DNA of 64,000 bases from an uncultured Planctomycetia bacterium (GTDB lineage Bacteria; Omnitrophota; Gorgyraeia; Tantalellales; Tantalellaceae). Within the stretch, counting starts at the first letter, position 1; each line of letters begins with the position of its first letter. Shown here piece after piece: positions 26,760 to 36,953 of this stretch. The stretch covers positions 10,390 to 74,389 of the forward strand of contig CAYPCX010000009.1 in assembly GCA_964409365.1 (NCBI GenBank). The letters run 5' to 3'. The translations under genes and the position numbers were made by a program. The notes beneath the pieces were generated by a model that made no database searches, had not been told where the DNA came from, and saw only the letters and a list, made by a program, of their open reading frames with translations.

Positions 26760-28343
26760 ATGATAGTTAAACGAGCGTTGATAAGTGTTTCCGACAAGAC
26801 CGGCCTGGAGGACTTCGTCAAGGGGCTGGACCGCCTGGGCGTTGAGATAATGTCCACGGGCGGAACGGCTAAAGCGATAACTTCGTTCGGGATCAAAGTC
26901 CTCGAGGTATCTTCCTATACCGGTTTTCCCGAGATGATGGACGGCAGGGTAAAGACCCTTCATCCCAAGATACACGCCGGTCTTCTTGCCCTCAGGGAGA
27001 ATAAAGAGCACATGCGGCAGATGGAGAAGCAGGGAATAGTACCTATCGATATGGTCGTGGTCAATCTTTATCCTTTCGAGAGGACCGTCGCCAAGAGCGG
27101 TGTTACCCTGGAAGAGGCCATAGAGAACATAGATATCGGCGGGCCGACGATGCTGAGAAGCGCCGCCAAGAACTACCGGTCGGTGGGGGTGGTGAGCTCC
27201 CCCGGGCAGTATGCTCCGGTGCTTGACGAGCTTGAAAAAAGCGGGGGCCAGCTTTCGGGAGGAACACTCAAAGGCCTTGCCGCCGAGGTCTTCAGGAAGA
27301 CGTCGGGTTATGACGGAGCTATAGCGGAGTATTTATCCAAAGAAAGTGTCAAAGTGTCTGAGGGTCAAGGTGTCAAAGAGAGAGAGGGACTTCCGGACGA
27401 GATCGACATCAAGCTCAGGAAGGTAAAACAGCTCAGGTACGGCGAGAACCCGCACCAGCGCGGGGCTTTTTACACGGATGCCTCCGGGTCTCCCCGCGGT
27501 CTTACCGCGGCAGAGCAGCTGCAGGGTAAAGAACTTTCCTTCAACAATATAATGGACCTGAATGCCGCCCTTGAGATAGTCGCGGGTTTCAAAACGCCCG
27601 CTGTAAGTATAATAAAACACGCCAACCCCTGCGGGGCGGCTACGGCGGACGACCTTAAAAAGGCGTATCTGGACGCGCTTGACTGCGACCGTTTGAGCGC
27701 TTTCGGCAGTGTCGTCGGCTTTAACGGTGCTATAGACGGCAGCCTTGCCGGTATGATACTTAACGAGGCGGATTTCGTGGAATGTATGATCGCTCCGGAT
27801 TACGCGGACGGCGCTCTTGACGTTTTCGGTAAGAAGAAAAATTTGAGGATTTTACGGCTCCCGTTCGCGGGATGCATCACCGAAGAAAAGATGGACTTCA
27901 AGAAGATACCGGGAGGGGCCCTGGTCCAGGACAGGGATATGGATGATGTCGCTTCCTCGGCGTTGAAGGTCGTCACGAAGAAAAAGCCGTCGGGCGAACT
28001 TCTGGATTCGCTGATGTTCGGCTGGAAGATAGTCAAGTTCGTCAAAAGCAACGCCATAGTGCTGTGCCAGGGGACCAGAACGGTCGGTATCGGGGCCGGG
28101 CAGATGTCACGCGTGGATTCGGTGACGGTCGCCGTGAATAAAGCCGGTAAAAGGGCGAAAGGCGCCGTCCTGGCCAGCGACGCGTTCTTCCCGAAACCGG
28201 ATTCCATAGAAGAGGCCCACAGGGCCGGAATAGCCGCTATAATACAGCCCGGCGGGTCCATCCGCGACGAAGAAGTGATCGCGGCATGCGACAAGTTCGG
28301 CATACCCATGGTGTTCACGGGTTTCCGCCATTTCCGACATTGA
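26760..28343 (+). CDS. purH: Bifunctional AICAR transformylase / IMP cyclohydrolase
   Basis: MGS-like IMPCH domain (ISVSDKTGL) plus AICARFT domain. Full length. Confidence 0.9.
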   Translation: MIVKRALISVSDKTGLEDFVKGLDRLGVEIMSTGGTAKAITSFGIKVLEVSSYTGFPEMMDGRVKTLHPKIHAGLLALRENKEHMRQMEKQGIVPIDMVVVNLYPFERTVAKSGVTLEEAIENIDIGGPTMLRSAAKNYRSVGVVSSPGQYAPVLDELEKSGGQLSGGTLKGLAAEVFRKTSGYDGAIAEYLSKESVKVSEGQGVKEREGLPDEIDIKLRKVKQLRYGENPHQRGAFYTDASGSPRGLTAAEQLQGKELSFNNIMDLNAALEIVAGFKTPAVSIIKHANPCGAATADDLKKAYLDALDCDRLSAFGSVVGFNGAIDGSLAGMILNEADFVECMIAPDYADGALDVFGKKKNLRILRLPFAGCITEEKMDFKKIPGGALVQDRDMDDVASSALKVVTKKKPSGELLDSLMFGWKIVKFVKSNAIVLCQGTRTVGIGAGQMSRVDSVTVAVNKAGKRAKGAVLASDAFFPKPDSIEEAHRAGIAAIIQPGGSIRDEEVIAACDKFGIPMVFTGFRHFRH

Positions 28344-28372
28344 AGCCTGAAACTTGAGACCTGAGACCTGAA
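28344..28372. repeat. Short heptamer array (GAGACCT units) between purH and folC
   Basis: GAAGCCT GAAACTT GAGACCT GAGACCT GAA in 7-bp register. Confidence 0.6.
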
Positions 28373-28373
28373 T

Positions 28374-29678
28374 ATGCCAACCTACGAAGATACCCTGGAA
28401 TTTCTGGATTCTTTCGTCAATTTTGAGCATATCGGTCTGACCGCCCGCGATACCAATTTCGATCTGGGCAAGATAAGACGAGTGCTCAGGAAAATGGGCG
28501 ACCCCCAGCTGGATTACCGGTGCGTGCACATAGCCGGAACAAAGGGCAAGGGATCGGCCTCCGCTTTCCTATCCTCGATGCTGCGGGAATCAGGCTGTAA
28601 CGTCGGCCTTTACACTTCGCCCCATCTTACGTCGGTCCGTGAACGGATACGGGTGAACGGCCGTATGATCGGCAAAAGGGATCTTGTCAGTGTGGCCGAC
28701 CGCCTGCGGGAACATATGGACCCGGGGTTCAGTTATTTCGAAGCGTTTACTTTGATGGCGATATTGCATTTCAGCATGCAAAAAGTGGACCATGCCGTCT
28801 TTGAGGTCGGTCTCGGCGGCAGGCTGGACGCCACGAACGTGATCAACGCCGGTGTTTGCGGTATAAGTCCGATCAGCTATGACCATACCCACGTGCTGGG
28901 TAATACTATTGAAGAGATAGCCGGGGAGAAGGTGGCTATCATAAAGAGGAAAGCCAGATGCGTGAGTTCCCCGCAAAAACCCGCGGCGCTCGAGGTCATC
29001 AGGGAAAAATGCGAGAAAGAGAACGCTTCGCTGTCGGTAGTGGGAAAGGACATCACGTACGATATAAAACGGCTTGACGAAACGGGGAGTTGTTTCGATG
29101 TTTTCGGCAGATCGGGCGCGTATGAAGATTGCCTGACGAGGATGCCGGGAGATTTCCAGCCTTTGAACTGCGCTGTCGCGGTGGGTCTTTGTGAGGAGCT
29201 TCTGCAAGGCGCAAGTTTGGACGCGCGAAAAATAAAGAAGGGAATAGAGAAAGCCTTTTTGCCCGGAAGGCTGGAGATCATAGGCCGCGAGCCGCTTATC
29301 GTCATAGACGGGGCCCAGAACGGGGAAAGCGCCAGGCGCCTGAGGAGCTCTGTTGAACGGATCTTCGATCATGGCAGGCTTATACTTCTTCTGGGGATGT
29401 CTAAAGACAAGGACATCAAAAGCGTCTGCGAAGAACTGGCTCCCCTGGCGGACAGTGTGGTGCTTACGCGTGCCTCCATTGAGCGCGCCGCGGACCCCCT
29501 TCTGATAAGGGGTTACATCAAGGGAAAAAAAGTGACGGTAACGGGGGATACCAGGGAAGCCCTCGGCGCGGCGCTGAGCCGTGCCGGGAAGAACGATACA
29601 ATACTGGCAACAGGGTCTTTTTTCGTGATAGGCGAGATCAGGCGTATGATACTCGGAGACGGTAAGGGTAGATGTTAG
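28374..29678 (+). CDS. folC: Folylpolyglutamate synthase / dihydrofolate synthase
   Basis: HIAGTKGKGS P-loop, Mur-ligase family architecture. Confidence 0.85.
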   Translation: MPTYEDTLEFLDSFVNFEHIGLTARDTNFDLGKIRRVLRKMGDPQLDYRCVHIAGTKGKGSASAFLSSMLRESGCNVGLYTSPHLTSVRERIRVNGRMIGKRDLVSVADRLREHMDPGFSYFEAFTLMAILHFSMQKVDHAVFEVGLGGRLDATNVINAGVCGISPISYDHTHVLGNTIEEIAGEKVAIIKRKARCVSSPQKPAALEVIREKCEKENASLSVVGKDITYDIKRLDETGSCFDVFGRSGAYEDCLTRMPGDFQPLNCAVAVGLCEELLQGASLDARKIKKGIEKAFLPGRLEIIGREPLIVIDGAQNGESARRLRSSVERIFDHGRLILLLGMSKDKDIKSVCEELAPLADSVVLTRASIERAADPLLIRGYIKGKKVTVTGDTREALGAALSRAGKNDTILATGSFFVIGEIRRMILGDGKGRC

Positions 29679-29750
29679 TTCTTAGTCGTACAACTCATAA
29701 CTAACAACTCAACACTTGATACTTTATCCTTTATCCTTGACACTTGATAC
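29675..29750. repeat. Heptamer-phased repeat block downstream of folC; reverse-complement copy of 26674-26723 minus one 7-bp unit, plus a TTTATCCTTGA[C/T]AC block shared with 11480-11500
   Basis: The reverse complement of 26674-26723 aligns to 29675-29716 apart from one missing TTTTTAG unit. Confidence 0.8.
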
Positions 29751-29754
29751 TTTC

Positions 29755-31146
29755 ATGAACAGTATGAACGATACCATAGCCGCGATATCCACGCCTCTCG
29801 GCCAGGGGGGCATAGGGATAGTACGCCTGAGCGGGCGGGCCTCGCTGGCGATAGCCGACAGGATATTCACCCCCCGCACGGGGGCGGGTCCCTCGGCCTG
29901 CCGGAGCCATACCGTCCATTACGGCTTTGTAAAGGTTCCCGGTAAAGATGAGATCGTCGATGAGGCGCTTCTCACCGTTATGTGTTCTCCCCAGACCTAT
30001 ACCACGGAAGACGTGGTGGAAATAAACTGCCATGGCGGGCTCATGCCGCTTAAAAGGGTGCTTGAACTGTGCCTGAAGGAGGGGGCGAGGCTCGCGGAAC
30101 CGGGTGAGTTCACTAAACGCGCTTTCCTGAACGGGAGAATGGATCTTTCCCAGGCCGAGGCGGTCCTTGACCTGATCAACGCCCAGACCGACACCTCGAG
30201 GAAGGTAGCCCTCGACCAGTTACGGGGATCCATCTCCGGGGAAATCCGCGGGATACGCGGTTCCATCCTCGATATCCTTTCGCTCATAGAGCTCACGATA
30301 GATTTTTCGCAGGAAGACGTGCATTTCCCGGAACGTGATAATATCACCGGTAGGGTGGAGGAGATCTCTCGTTCTCTCAGGCGCATGCTCGAGACTTCCG
30401 AAAAAGGCATGGTTTTACGGGAAGGAGCCAGCGTCGTGATATGCGGCAGGCCCAATGCCGGCAAGTCAAGCCTGATGAACGCGCTTTTGAGGCACGACCG
30501 GGTGATAGTGACGCCCGTAGCCGGTACGACCAGGGACGTCATAGAAGAGGCGATAGTGATATCCGGCGTCAAGGTGCGGCTTTCCGATACCGCCGGGATA
30601 GTCGAAACACACGACCGGGTGGAGATAGAAGGGGTAAAAAGGTCCAGGGAGAGGCTGGCCTGCGCGGATGTAGTGATCTTCATGCTGGATTCCAGTCTCC
30701 CTCTTTCGCGAAAAGACAAAGAGATATATAATACGATCAGGGATAAAAGGATGGTGATCGTCGCGAATAAGACGGACCTCCCTTCCGCGCTCGATATGGA
30801 TGAGGCAAGGCGCAGGTTCAAAAGAGATGACATCCTTGGGGTCTCGGTCCTGGAGAAGAAAGGCCTGGAAGATATCGAGGACGCCGTCGCGGCGAAGCTT
30901 TTCAGCGGAAGTATGGGGAGCCTCACGGAAGGGCCGGTGATAACGAACCTGAGGCACAAGAGATCGCTGGAAAAGGCGGCGGAGAGCATCGAGAGGGCCC
31001 TTTCGGTCACAGGCGCGGATTACAACGCTGAACTTCTTGCCAGCGACCTCAAGGAGGCGGCCCACCAGCTGGGGCTTGTGATCGGTGAGTCCGTCGAGGA
31101 CGATATACTGGACAGGATATTCTCGCAGTTCTGCATAGGAAAATGA
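29755..31146 (+). CDS. mnmE: tRNA modification GTPase MnmE (TrmE)
   Basis: N-terminal DTIAAISTP, G-domain, C-terminal CIGK. Confidence 0.9.
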   Translation: MNSMNDTIAAISTPLGQGGIGIVRLSGRASLAIADRIFTPRTGAGPSACRSHTVHYGFVKVPGKDEIVDEALLTVMCSPQTYTTEDVVEINCHGGLMPLKRVLELCLKEGARLAEPGEFTKRAFLNGRMDLSQAEAVLDLINAQTDTSRKVALDQLRGSISGEIRGIRGSILDILSLIELTIDFSQEDVHFPERDNITGRVEEISRSLRRMLETSEKGMVLREGASVVICGRPNAGKSSLMNALLRHDRVIVTPVAGTTRDVIEEAIVISGVKVRLSDTAGIVETHDRVEIEGVKRSRERLACADVVIFMLDSSLPLSRKDKEIYNTIRDKRMVIVANKTDLPSALDMDEARRRFKRDDILGVSVLEKKGLEDIEDAVAAKLFSGSMGSLTEGPVITNLRHKRSLEKAAESIERALSVTGADYNAELLASDLKEAAHQLGLVIGESVEDDILDRIFSQFCIGK

Positions 31147-31162
31147 TGGATATGGAACGTTC

Positions 31163-31275
31163 CAGAAGACAGAAGTCAGAAGACAGAGGTCAGAGGTCAG
31201 ATATTAGGTGTTTGCTGTTGAAAGATACTATAATATTTTTTCTGTCCTCTGTTTTCTGTCCTCTGTTTTCTGAGA
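31163..31275. repeat. Inverted pair of heptamer arrays (CAGAAGA/CAGAGGT x5, then TCTGTCC/TCTGTTT x4) around a 40-bp AT-rich spacer carrying TATAAT, upstream of folE
   Basis: Left arm 31163-31200 and right arm 31241-31275 are reverse-complement-related CAGA-type heptamer arrays. Confidence 0.75.
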
Positions 31276-31298
31276 CATGTATTTAACGGAGGAAAAAA

Positions 31299-31868
31299 AT
31301 GGATAAGGGAAAAATAAAGAAAGCGGTAAAAGATATACTCGAGGCGATAGGGGACGACCCGGAAAGGGACGGCATAAAAGAGACCCCCAGAAGGGTCGCC
31401 GACATGTACGAAGAAATACTTGCCGGCATATCAAAGAACGCCGAGGATGAGGTCAAGGTCTTTTTCGACAAGGAGCACGACGAGATAATCCTACTGAAGG
31501 ATATCCCGCTGTATTCGATATGCGAACACCATATGATACCTTTTATGGGCAGGGCGCATGTGGCCTATATTCCCGACAACAACCGGATCACGGGCCTTAG
31601 CAAGATCGCCCGGGTAGTGGATACCCTCTCCAGGCGGCTCCAGGTCCAGGAAAGGCTGACCACGGAGATAGCCGACACCCTCATGAAGAAACTGGAGCCC
31701 AAAGGGGTCCTGGTAGTGATAGAGGCGGAGCACCTCTGCATGAGCATGAGGGGGGTCAAGAAGCCCGGCACTATCACTACGACGAGCGCCGTCAAGGGGA
31801 TATTCAGGACAAGCCAGAAAACGCGGTCGGAAGCCATGTCGCTTATACGGCACCCCCGTTGGACGTGA
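31299..31868 (+). CDS. folE: GTP cyclohydrolase I
   Basis: CEHHMIPF and HVAYIP motifs. Confidence 0.9.
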   Translation: MDKGKIKKAVKDILEAIGDDPERDGIKETPRRVADMYEEILAGISKNAEDEVKVFFDKEHDEIILLKDIPLYSICEHHMIPFMGRAHVAYIPDNNRITGLSKIARVVDTLSRRLQVQERLTTEIADTLMKKLEPKGVLVVIEAEHLCMSMRGVKKPGTITTTSAVKGIFRTSQKTRSEAMSLIRHPRWT

Positions 31869-31964
31869 ACCGGTTTTTAACAATTGCGTTTTTACCCCTC
31901 TTATAATATAATTATCCCATAAAAAATACACCTTTAATTCAAGTTTAAGGCCCGACAGCCATTT

Positions 31965-32429
31965 ATGAACGAACATGCCACATTAGCGCAATTCCTGAAT
32001 AACAAGGTCGCCATGACGACCCTGGCCGCGTGGTTCATTGCCCAGACCATCAAGGTCGTTCTGGGCGTTATCAAGGAGAAGCGGTTCAATTTCAAGTGGT
32101 TCGTGGGAACAGGGGGGATGCCCAGCTCCCACGCGGCCGGAGTGATCGCCCTTGTTACCAGCGTGGGGCTCCAGGTTGGCGTAGGGTCGCCCCTTTTCGC
32201 GTTGGCGCTCCTCTTTACCATAGTGGTGCTTTGCGACGCGCAGGGTGTGCGCTGGTCGACCGGCAAGCAGGCGGAGATACTGAACAGGATAATGGACGAT
32301 ATATATTTCAAGAAGAAGATCCAGGAAGACCGGCTGAAGGAACTCGTGGGGCATACCCCCATACAGGTACTGGCCGGCATGCTGATAGGCCTGACAGTGG
32401 CGTTGATGTCATATAGTGGGTTAAAATAA
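31965..32429 (+). CDS. DUF212 / divergent PAP2-like membrane protein (YuiD-like)
   Basis: GGMPSSHAA motif and 3-4 TM helices. Confidence 0.6.
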   Translation: MNEHATLAQFLNNKVAMTTLAAWFIAQTIKVVLGVIKEKRFNFKWFVGTGGMPSSHAAGVIALVTSVGLQVGVGSPLFALALLFTIVVLCDAQGVRWSTGKQAEILNRIMDDIYFKKKIQEDRLKELVGHTPIQVLAGMLIGLTVALMSYSGLK

Positions 32430-32439
32430 CCGGGGACAG

Positions 32440-33372
32440 GTGGCCGTGAATAAGAACATCATTTATATTTCCGCTCTTTGCCTTGCGGTAGTGATAGCAG
32501 CCGTATCGTTTTTCGTCCTGAAAGCGGTGCCGGACAAAAGGCTCTATCCGGACAAGATAGACAAGGCCGCTCTCATCTACGACAGGGCTAAGGATTTTGC
32601 CAAGGAGAAGGACTACAATAAGGCCATCAACGCCCTCGTGGTGGGGCTGAGCCAGTATCCCGATTCGAAATACACGGAAAAATATCTCAGGGAACTGGCG
32701 TCGATCTATCACGAAAAAGGGGATACGGTAAAAGCCAGGTATTATTACAGCCGCCTGCTCAAGAATTTTCCCGATGTGAAGGACGCCTCCGAGATCCGAT
32801 CCAGGGTGGAAGCTTTCAACATGGACATGATGCTGTCCCCGGCGATAACCGAGGACAGCATGGAATACGTCGTCCAGTCGGGCGATACCCTTTTCGCCAT
32901 AGCGAAGAAGTTCGGTACGACGATCGGGCTTCTTAAGAAAGTCAACGGCCTGAAAGGCGACCTGATCGTACCGGGCCAGAAACTCAAGGTAGTGGTCTCA
33001 CAGTTCTCCTTGTTCGTGGACAAATCCGACAACATCCTGGTGCTGAGAAAGGACGGCGAGCCGCTCAAGACCTACATCGTGTCGACCGGGAAAGATAATT
33101 CCACGCCCGTGGGGGTCTTCAAGATCGAGGAAAAGATGGTAAGGCCCGTATGGTACAAGGTCAACGCGGTCGTCTCCCCTGACAGCGACGAGTACGAACT
33201 GGGTGAACGATGGATGGGGCTTTCCAAACAGGGGTATGGCATACACGGCACTAACGATGAAGGTTCCATAGGCAAACAGATCACGCAGGGCTGCGTGAGG
33301 ATGCGCAATAACGAAGTGATAGAGCTTTACGATATCGTGCCCAGCGGCACCGAAGTCGAGATCGTGGATTAA
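32440..33372 (+). CDS. LysM domain + L,D-transpeptidase (YkuD) catalytic domain protein with N-terminal TPR-like region
   Basis: LysM (YVVQSGDTLFAIAKKFG) and Ldt motif HGT...GKQITQGCVRM. Confidence 0.75.
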   Translation: MAVNKNIIYISALCLAVVIAAVSFFVLKAVPDKRLYPDKIDKAALIYDRAKDFAKEKDYNKAINALVVGLSQYPDSKYTEKYLRELASIYHEKGDTVKARYYYSRLLKNFPDVKDASEIRSRVEAFNMDMMLSPAITEDSMEYVVQSGDTLFAIAKKFGTTIGLLKKVNGLKGDLIVPGQKLKVVVSQFSLFVDKSDNILVLRKDGEPLKTYIVSTGKDNSTPVGVFKIEEKMVRPVWYKVNAVVSPDSDEYELGERWMGLSKQGYGIHGTNDEGSIGKQITQGCVRMRNNEVIELYDIVPSGTEVEIVD

Positions 33373-33378
33373 AAACAG

Positions 33379-33472
33379 TATGTCGTATCTCGCATATAGT
33401 ATATCGTCGAAATCTTTGACGTGCGCTAAAAATAACGATATACGAAATACGATATACGAAATACGAAATGCG
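33379..33472. repeat. Heptamer-phased repeats (GATATAC/GAAATAC units) upstream of accA
   Basis: CGATATACGAAATACGATATACGAAATACGAAATGCG in 7-bp register, with a weaker phased tract upstream. Confidence 0.6.
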
Positions 33473-33483
33473 GCGCGCAAAAA

Positions 33484-34440
33484 ATGGCTATAGTGCTGGA
33501 ATTCGAAAAACCTATAATCGAGCTTGAGAACAAGATCGAGGAACTCAAGAAGTTCACGAACAAGGAGCATATAGACCTCTCCGACGAGATACTTAAGCTC
33601 ACCACCCGGCTCGAAAGGCTCAAAAAGGACGTTTTTGAGAACCTGACCCCCTGGCAGAAGGTCCAGCTTGCGCGCCACCCTGACCGTCCTTATACCCTGG
33701 ACTATATAGGGATGATCATGGGAGATTTCATAGAGATACACGGCGACCGCCATTTCTCCGACGACAAGGCGCTTATAGCGGGACTGGCGCGCATGGACGG
33801 CCAGAAGATCATGATCATGGGGCACCAGAAGGGACGGGAGACAAAGGAGAACCTGGAAAGGAATTTCGGGTGCGCCCACCCGGAAGGATACCGCAAGGCG
33901 ATACGCATAATGAAGCTGGCGGAAAAGTTCGGTATCCCGGTAGTGACCTTTATCGATACCCCCGGGGCTTATCCCGGAGTAGGCGCGGAAGAGCGCGGCC
34001 AGGCCGAGGCCATAGCTTACAATCTGCGTGAGATGGCAGGGCTCAAAGTGCCCATAATAGTGTTCGTGATAGGCGAGGGAGGCTCAGGCGGGGCTCTCGG
34101 GATAGGCCTGGGCGACAGGATATTCGTCCTGGAGAACGGGTATTATTCCGTGATCTCCCCCGAAGGATGCGCCGCTATACTCTGGCGGGAACGCTCGAAG
34201 GCTCCTTCGGCCGCTACCGCCCTGAAACTCACGGCGCAGGAACTTCTTGAATTAGGTATCATAGATGGTATAATACCAGAACCGCTTGGTGGGGCTCACC
34301 GGGATCCCGAAAAGACCGCAGATGGAATAAAGAAGACCATAAGGAAAAGCCTCCGGGAGCTCTCAAAACTTTCAAGCGAAGAACTTGTCGATCAAAGGTA
34401 CGAGAAGTACCGTACCATGGGAGTCTATAAAGAAGGATGA
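33484..34440 (+). CDS. accA: Acetyl-CoA carboxylase carboxyltransferase alpha subunit
   Basis: Full-length AccA ([19 protein letters not shown]). Confidence 0.9.
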   Translation: MAIVLEFEKPIIELENKIEELKKFTNKEHIDLSDEILKLTTRLERLKKDVFENLTPWQKVQLARHPDRPYTLDYIGMIMGDFIEIHGDRHFSDDKALIAGLARMDGQKIMIMGHQKGRETKENLERNFGCAHPEGYRKAIRIMKLAEKFGIPVVTFIDTPGAYPGVGAEERGQAEAIAYNLREMAGLKVPIIVFVIGEGGSGGALGIGLGDRIFVLENGYYSVISPEGCAAILWRERSKAPSAATALKLTAQELLELGIIDGIIPEPLGGAHRDPEKTADGIKKTIRKSLRELSKLSSEELVDQRYEKYRTMGVYKEG

Positions 34441-34856
34441 CGACACCTGCCATGAAAACAAGGATAGCGAACGACAGCCATCTCCTGAAAGAGGTCAGCA
34501 AGGACCTCATAGCAGCGCTCAAAGGCAAAGGCGTTGAAGAGGACATAATATTTGACGTCCATGTGGGTTTCGAGGAGGCGCTGCGCAACGCCATGATCCA
34601 CGGCAACAGGAACGACCCCGAAAAAAAGGTGACCATCGAGACACAGGTCACGGAGGAAGCGGTCATAATCTCCGTGGAGGACGAAGGAGAAGGGTTCGAT
34701 CCCGGGAAGCTCCCGGACCCGACGCTTGACGAGAACCTCCTTAAAGAAGGGGGCAGGGGCGTGTATCTTATCAACCACCTGATGGACGAGGTCGCTTACG
34801 AACGCGGCGGCAGAAAAGTCGTGATGACCAAATATTTTTACAAAAAACACCTATAA
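34437..34856 (+). CDS. RsbW/SpoIIAB-type anti-sigma factor serine kinase (HATPase domain)
   Basis: [11 protein letters not shown]-box and EDEGEGFD G-box. Overlaps accA stop by 4 nt. Confidence 0.75.
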   Translation: MTTPAMKTRIANDSHLLKEVSKDLIAALKGKGVEEDIIFDVHVGFEEALRNAMIHGNRNDPEKKVTIETQVTEEAVIISVEDEGEGFDPGKLPDPTLDENLLKEGGRGVYLINHLMDEVAYERGGRKVVMTKYFYKKHL

Positions 34857-34880
34857 GCATATAATTAACGGGGAGGTAAA

Positions 34881-35213
34881 ATGCAGGTTAACATTGAGGA
34901 TAAGAATGGCGTGACTGTTTGCAGCATGGTCGGCGACATCGATATAAATACTTCGCCCGACGTGAAAAAATCCTTTGACCAGATCATAAAGGATAAAAAG
35001 GACAAGGTAGTGATCGATCTTAAGGACGTGGGTTACGTGGACAGTTCCGGGCTTGCCACACTGGTCGAAATACTCAAAAATCTGCGCGCTTACGGGGGAA
35101 AGCTCAAAATAGCGGATCTTTCCGACAAGGTCCGCGGCCTTTTTGAGATAACCAAGCTTGACAAGCTGTTCGACATCGTCGCCGACGAACAGGAAGCCTT
35201 AAGCACTTTCTAA
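34881..35213 (+). CDS. STAS-domain anti-sigma-factor antagonist (SpoIIAA/RsbV/MlaB-like)
   Basis: STAS fold with the conserved DSSGL phosphorylatable-serine motif. Confidence 0.75.
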   Translation: MQVNIEDKNGVTVCSMVGDIDINTSPDVKKSFDQIIKDKKDKVVIDLKDVGYVDSSGLATLVEILKNLRAYGGKLKIADLSDKVRGLFEITKLDKLFDIVADEQEALSTF

Positions 35214-35225
35214 AAAGGATATAAG

Positions 35226-36023
35226 ATGAAAAATACGGTAGAGAATATAGGCAAAACGATCCTCAACCTCGGCCAGCATATAAAGAACATCCTGGCGCTT
35301 TTATATACTACCCTGGAGTGCATATTCACCGGTCCGGTCAAAGGAAAGACGGTCAAACGGGACGGCCTTTTCGAACAGCTGGTATTCGCCGGCGTACAGT
35401 CCGTTGTCATCGTGTTCTTTATATCCCTTTTCACGGGTATCGTAATAGCGATGCAGAGTTCTTACCAGCTTAAGGAGCTGGGGGCCACCATCTACGTGGC
35501 ACCGATGGTCGCCATAGGCATGGCCAGGGAGCTCGGCCCGGTATTCGCGGCCCTGGTCGTGGCGGGAAGAGTGGGGTCGGCGATCACCGCGGAACTCGGC
35601 ACGATGAAGGTCTCCGAGCAGATCGAGGCTATGGAAGTCATGGCTCTCGACCCGGTACGGTTCCTCGTGGCCCCGCGTTTTCTGGCGCTCATCATCATGC
35701 TCCCGTGTCTTACGATAATGGCCGATATAGTAGGCATGTTGGGGGGCTTGATAGTGGGAGTTTTCAGCCTTCATCTTAATGTGTGGAGATACATAGCTTT
35801 TTCGTTGGATTTTCTGGTCTGGAAGGACATCTGGACCGGTCTTTTCAAGAGTTTCGCGTTCGGAGTGATCATATCCATGATAGCCTGTTACGTCGGACTG
35901 GATACCCGGGGCGGGGCCGAAGGGGTCGGGCGGGCTACCACGCTCAGCGTTGTCATCAGTTTTATCCTTATAATCCTTTTTGACTGTATTATAACGGGTA
36001 TATTCTATTTTTCGAACGTATAG
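35226..36023 (+). CDS. mlaE: Mla/Ttg2-type ABC transporter permease
   Basis: MlaE-family permease with 5 TM helices. Confidence 0.85.
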   Translation: MKNTVENIGKTILNLGQHIKNILALLYTTLECIFTGPVKGKTVKRDGLFEQLVFAGVQSVVIVFFISLFTGIVIAMQSSYQLKELGATIYVAPMVAIGMARELGPVFAALVVAGRVGSAITAELGTMKVSEQIEAMEVMALDPVRFLVAPRFLALIIMLPCLTIMADIVGMLGGLIVGVFSLHLNVWRYIAFSLDFLVWKDIWTGLFKSFAFGVIISMIACYVGLDTRGGAEGVGRATTLSVVISFILIILFDCIITGIFYFSNV

Positions 36024-36035
36024 GAAAGAAAAGAC

Positions 36036-36836
36036 ATGGAAGAGAGAGAAGTAGTAATAGAAGTACAGGACCTGGTCAAGAAGTTCGGCGCAAGGACCAT
36101 ACTTAACGGTATAAACCTCAAGATATACAGGGGCGAGACGTTCGTGATCATGGGCGGTTCGGGGTGCGGAAAAAGCACGCTTCTCCGCCACATGATAGGG
36201 AGCCTCAAGCCGAATTCCGGCAGAGTAATGTTGCTGGGAGATGATATAACCGATAAGTACGAGGACCAGCTCGACGATGTCCGCAAGAAGATAGGCATGT
36301 CGTTCCAGTCGTCGGCCCTTTTTGATTCCATGAACGTGGGCGAGAACGTGAGCCTGCCTTTGAGGGAACATACCAAGCTCGATAAGAGCGTAATAGACAT
36401 CGTGGTAAAGATGAAGCTGGAACTGGTGGGCCTCAGGGGATTCGAGGACCTCCTGCCCAGCGAGATCTCGGGCGGCATGAAGAAAAGGGTGGGTCTTGCC
36501 AGGGCTATAGCCATGGACCCGCAGATAATCTTCTACGACGAGCCTACCGCGGGCCTCGACCCGATAGTGGCCGCTGTCATTGACAAGCTCATACTTGATC
36601 TTTCCAATAAACTTTCGATAACTACCGTCGTGGTAACGCATGACATGAAAAGCGTCATGACCATAGCCGACAGGATAGCCATGCTTTACGAGGGCAAGGT
36701 GCTTGAGGTAGGCACTCCCGATGAGATAAAAAATTCGAAAAATGGGATGGTGCAACAGTTCATAAACGGCGACCCGGACGGTCCCATAAAGTTTTTCCAG
36801 CAGAAAGACGATTACCTGGAACATTTAACGGCGTAA
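36036..36836 (+). CDS. mlaF: Mla-type ABC transporter ATP-binding protein
   Basis: Walker A GGSGCGKST, signature LSGGMKKR, Walker B IIFYDEP. Confidence 0.85.
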   Translation: MEEREVVIEVQDLVKKFGARTILNGINLKIYRGETFVIMGGSGCGKSTLLRHMIGSLKPNSGRVMLLGDDITDKYEDQLDDVRKKIGMSFQSSALFDSMNVGENVSLPLREHTKLDKSVIDIVVKMKLELVGLRGFEDLLPSEISGGMKKRVGLARAIAMDPQIIFYDEPTAGLDPIVAAVIDKLILDLSNKLSITTVVVTHDMKSVMTIADRIAMLYEGKVLEVGTPDEIKNSKNGMVQQFINGDPDGPIKFFQQKDDYLEHLTA

Positions 36837-36840
36837 TAGT

Positions 36841-36942
36841 GGTGAGTTATGAGTTTTGAGTTATGAGTCGGCACGAGCGACCACATTCACAACTAATAAC
36901 TAACACCTAATAACTAATAACTAATAACTAATAACTAACTAA
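36841..36942. repeat. Quasi-palindromic heptamer arrays (NTGAGTT x4, spacer, ACTAATA x7) between mlaF and mlaD
   Basis: Left and right arms are approximately reverse complements. 7-bp register throughout. Confidence 0.8.
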
Positions 36943-36953
36943 GGAGTTCCGTT

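Noticed and set aside
35301-36824. A 507-aa minus-strand ORF spanning mlaE and mlaF.
   Set aside because: Antisense to two well-supported ABC transporter genes. H/R/Y-rich composition typical of shadow ORFs.
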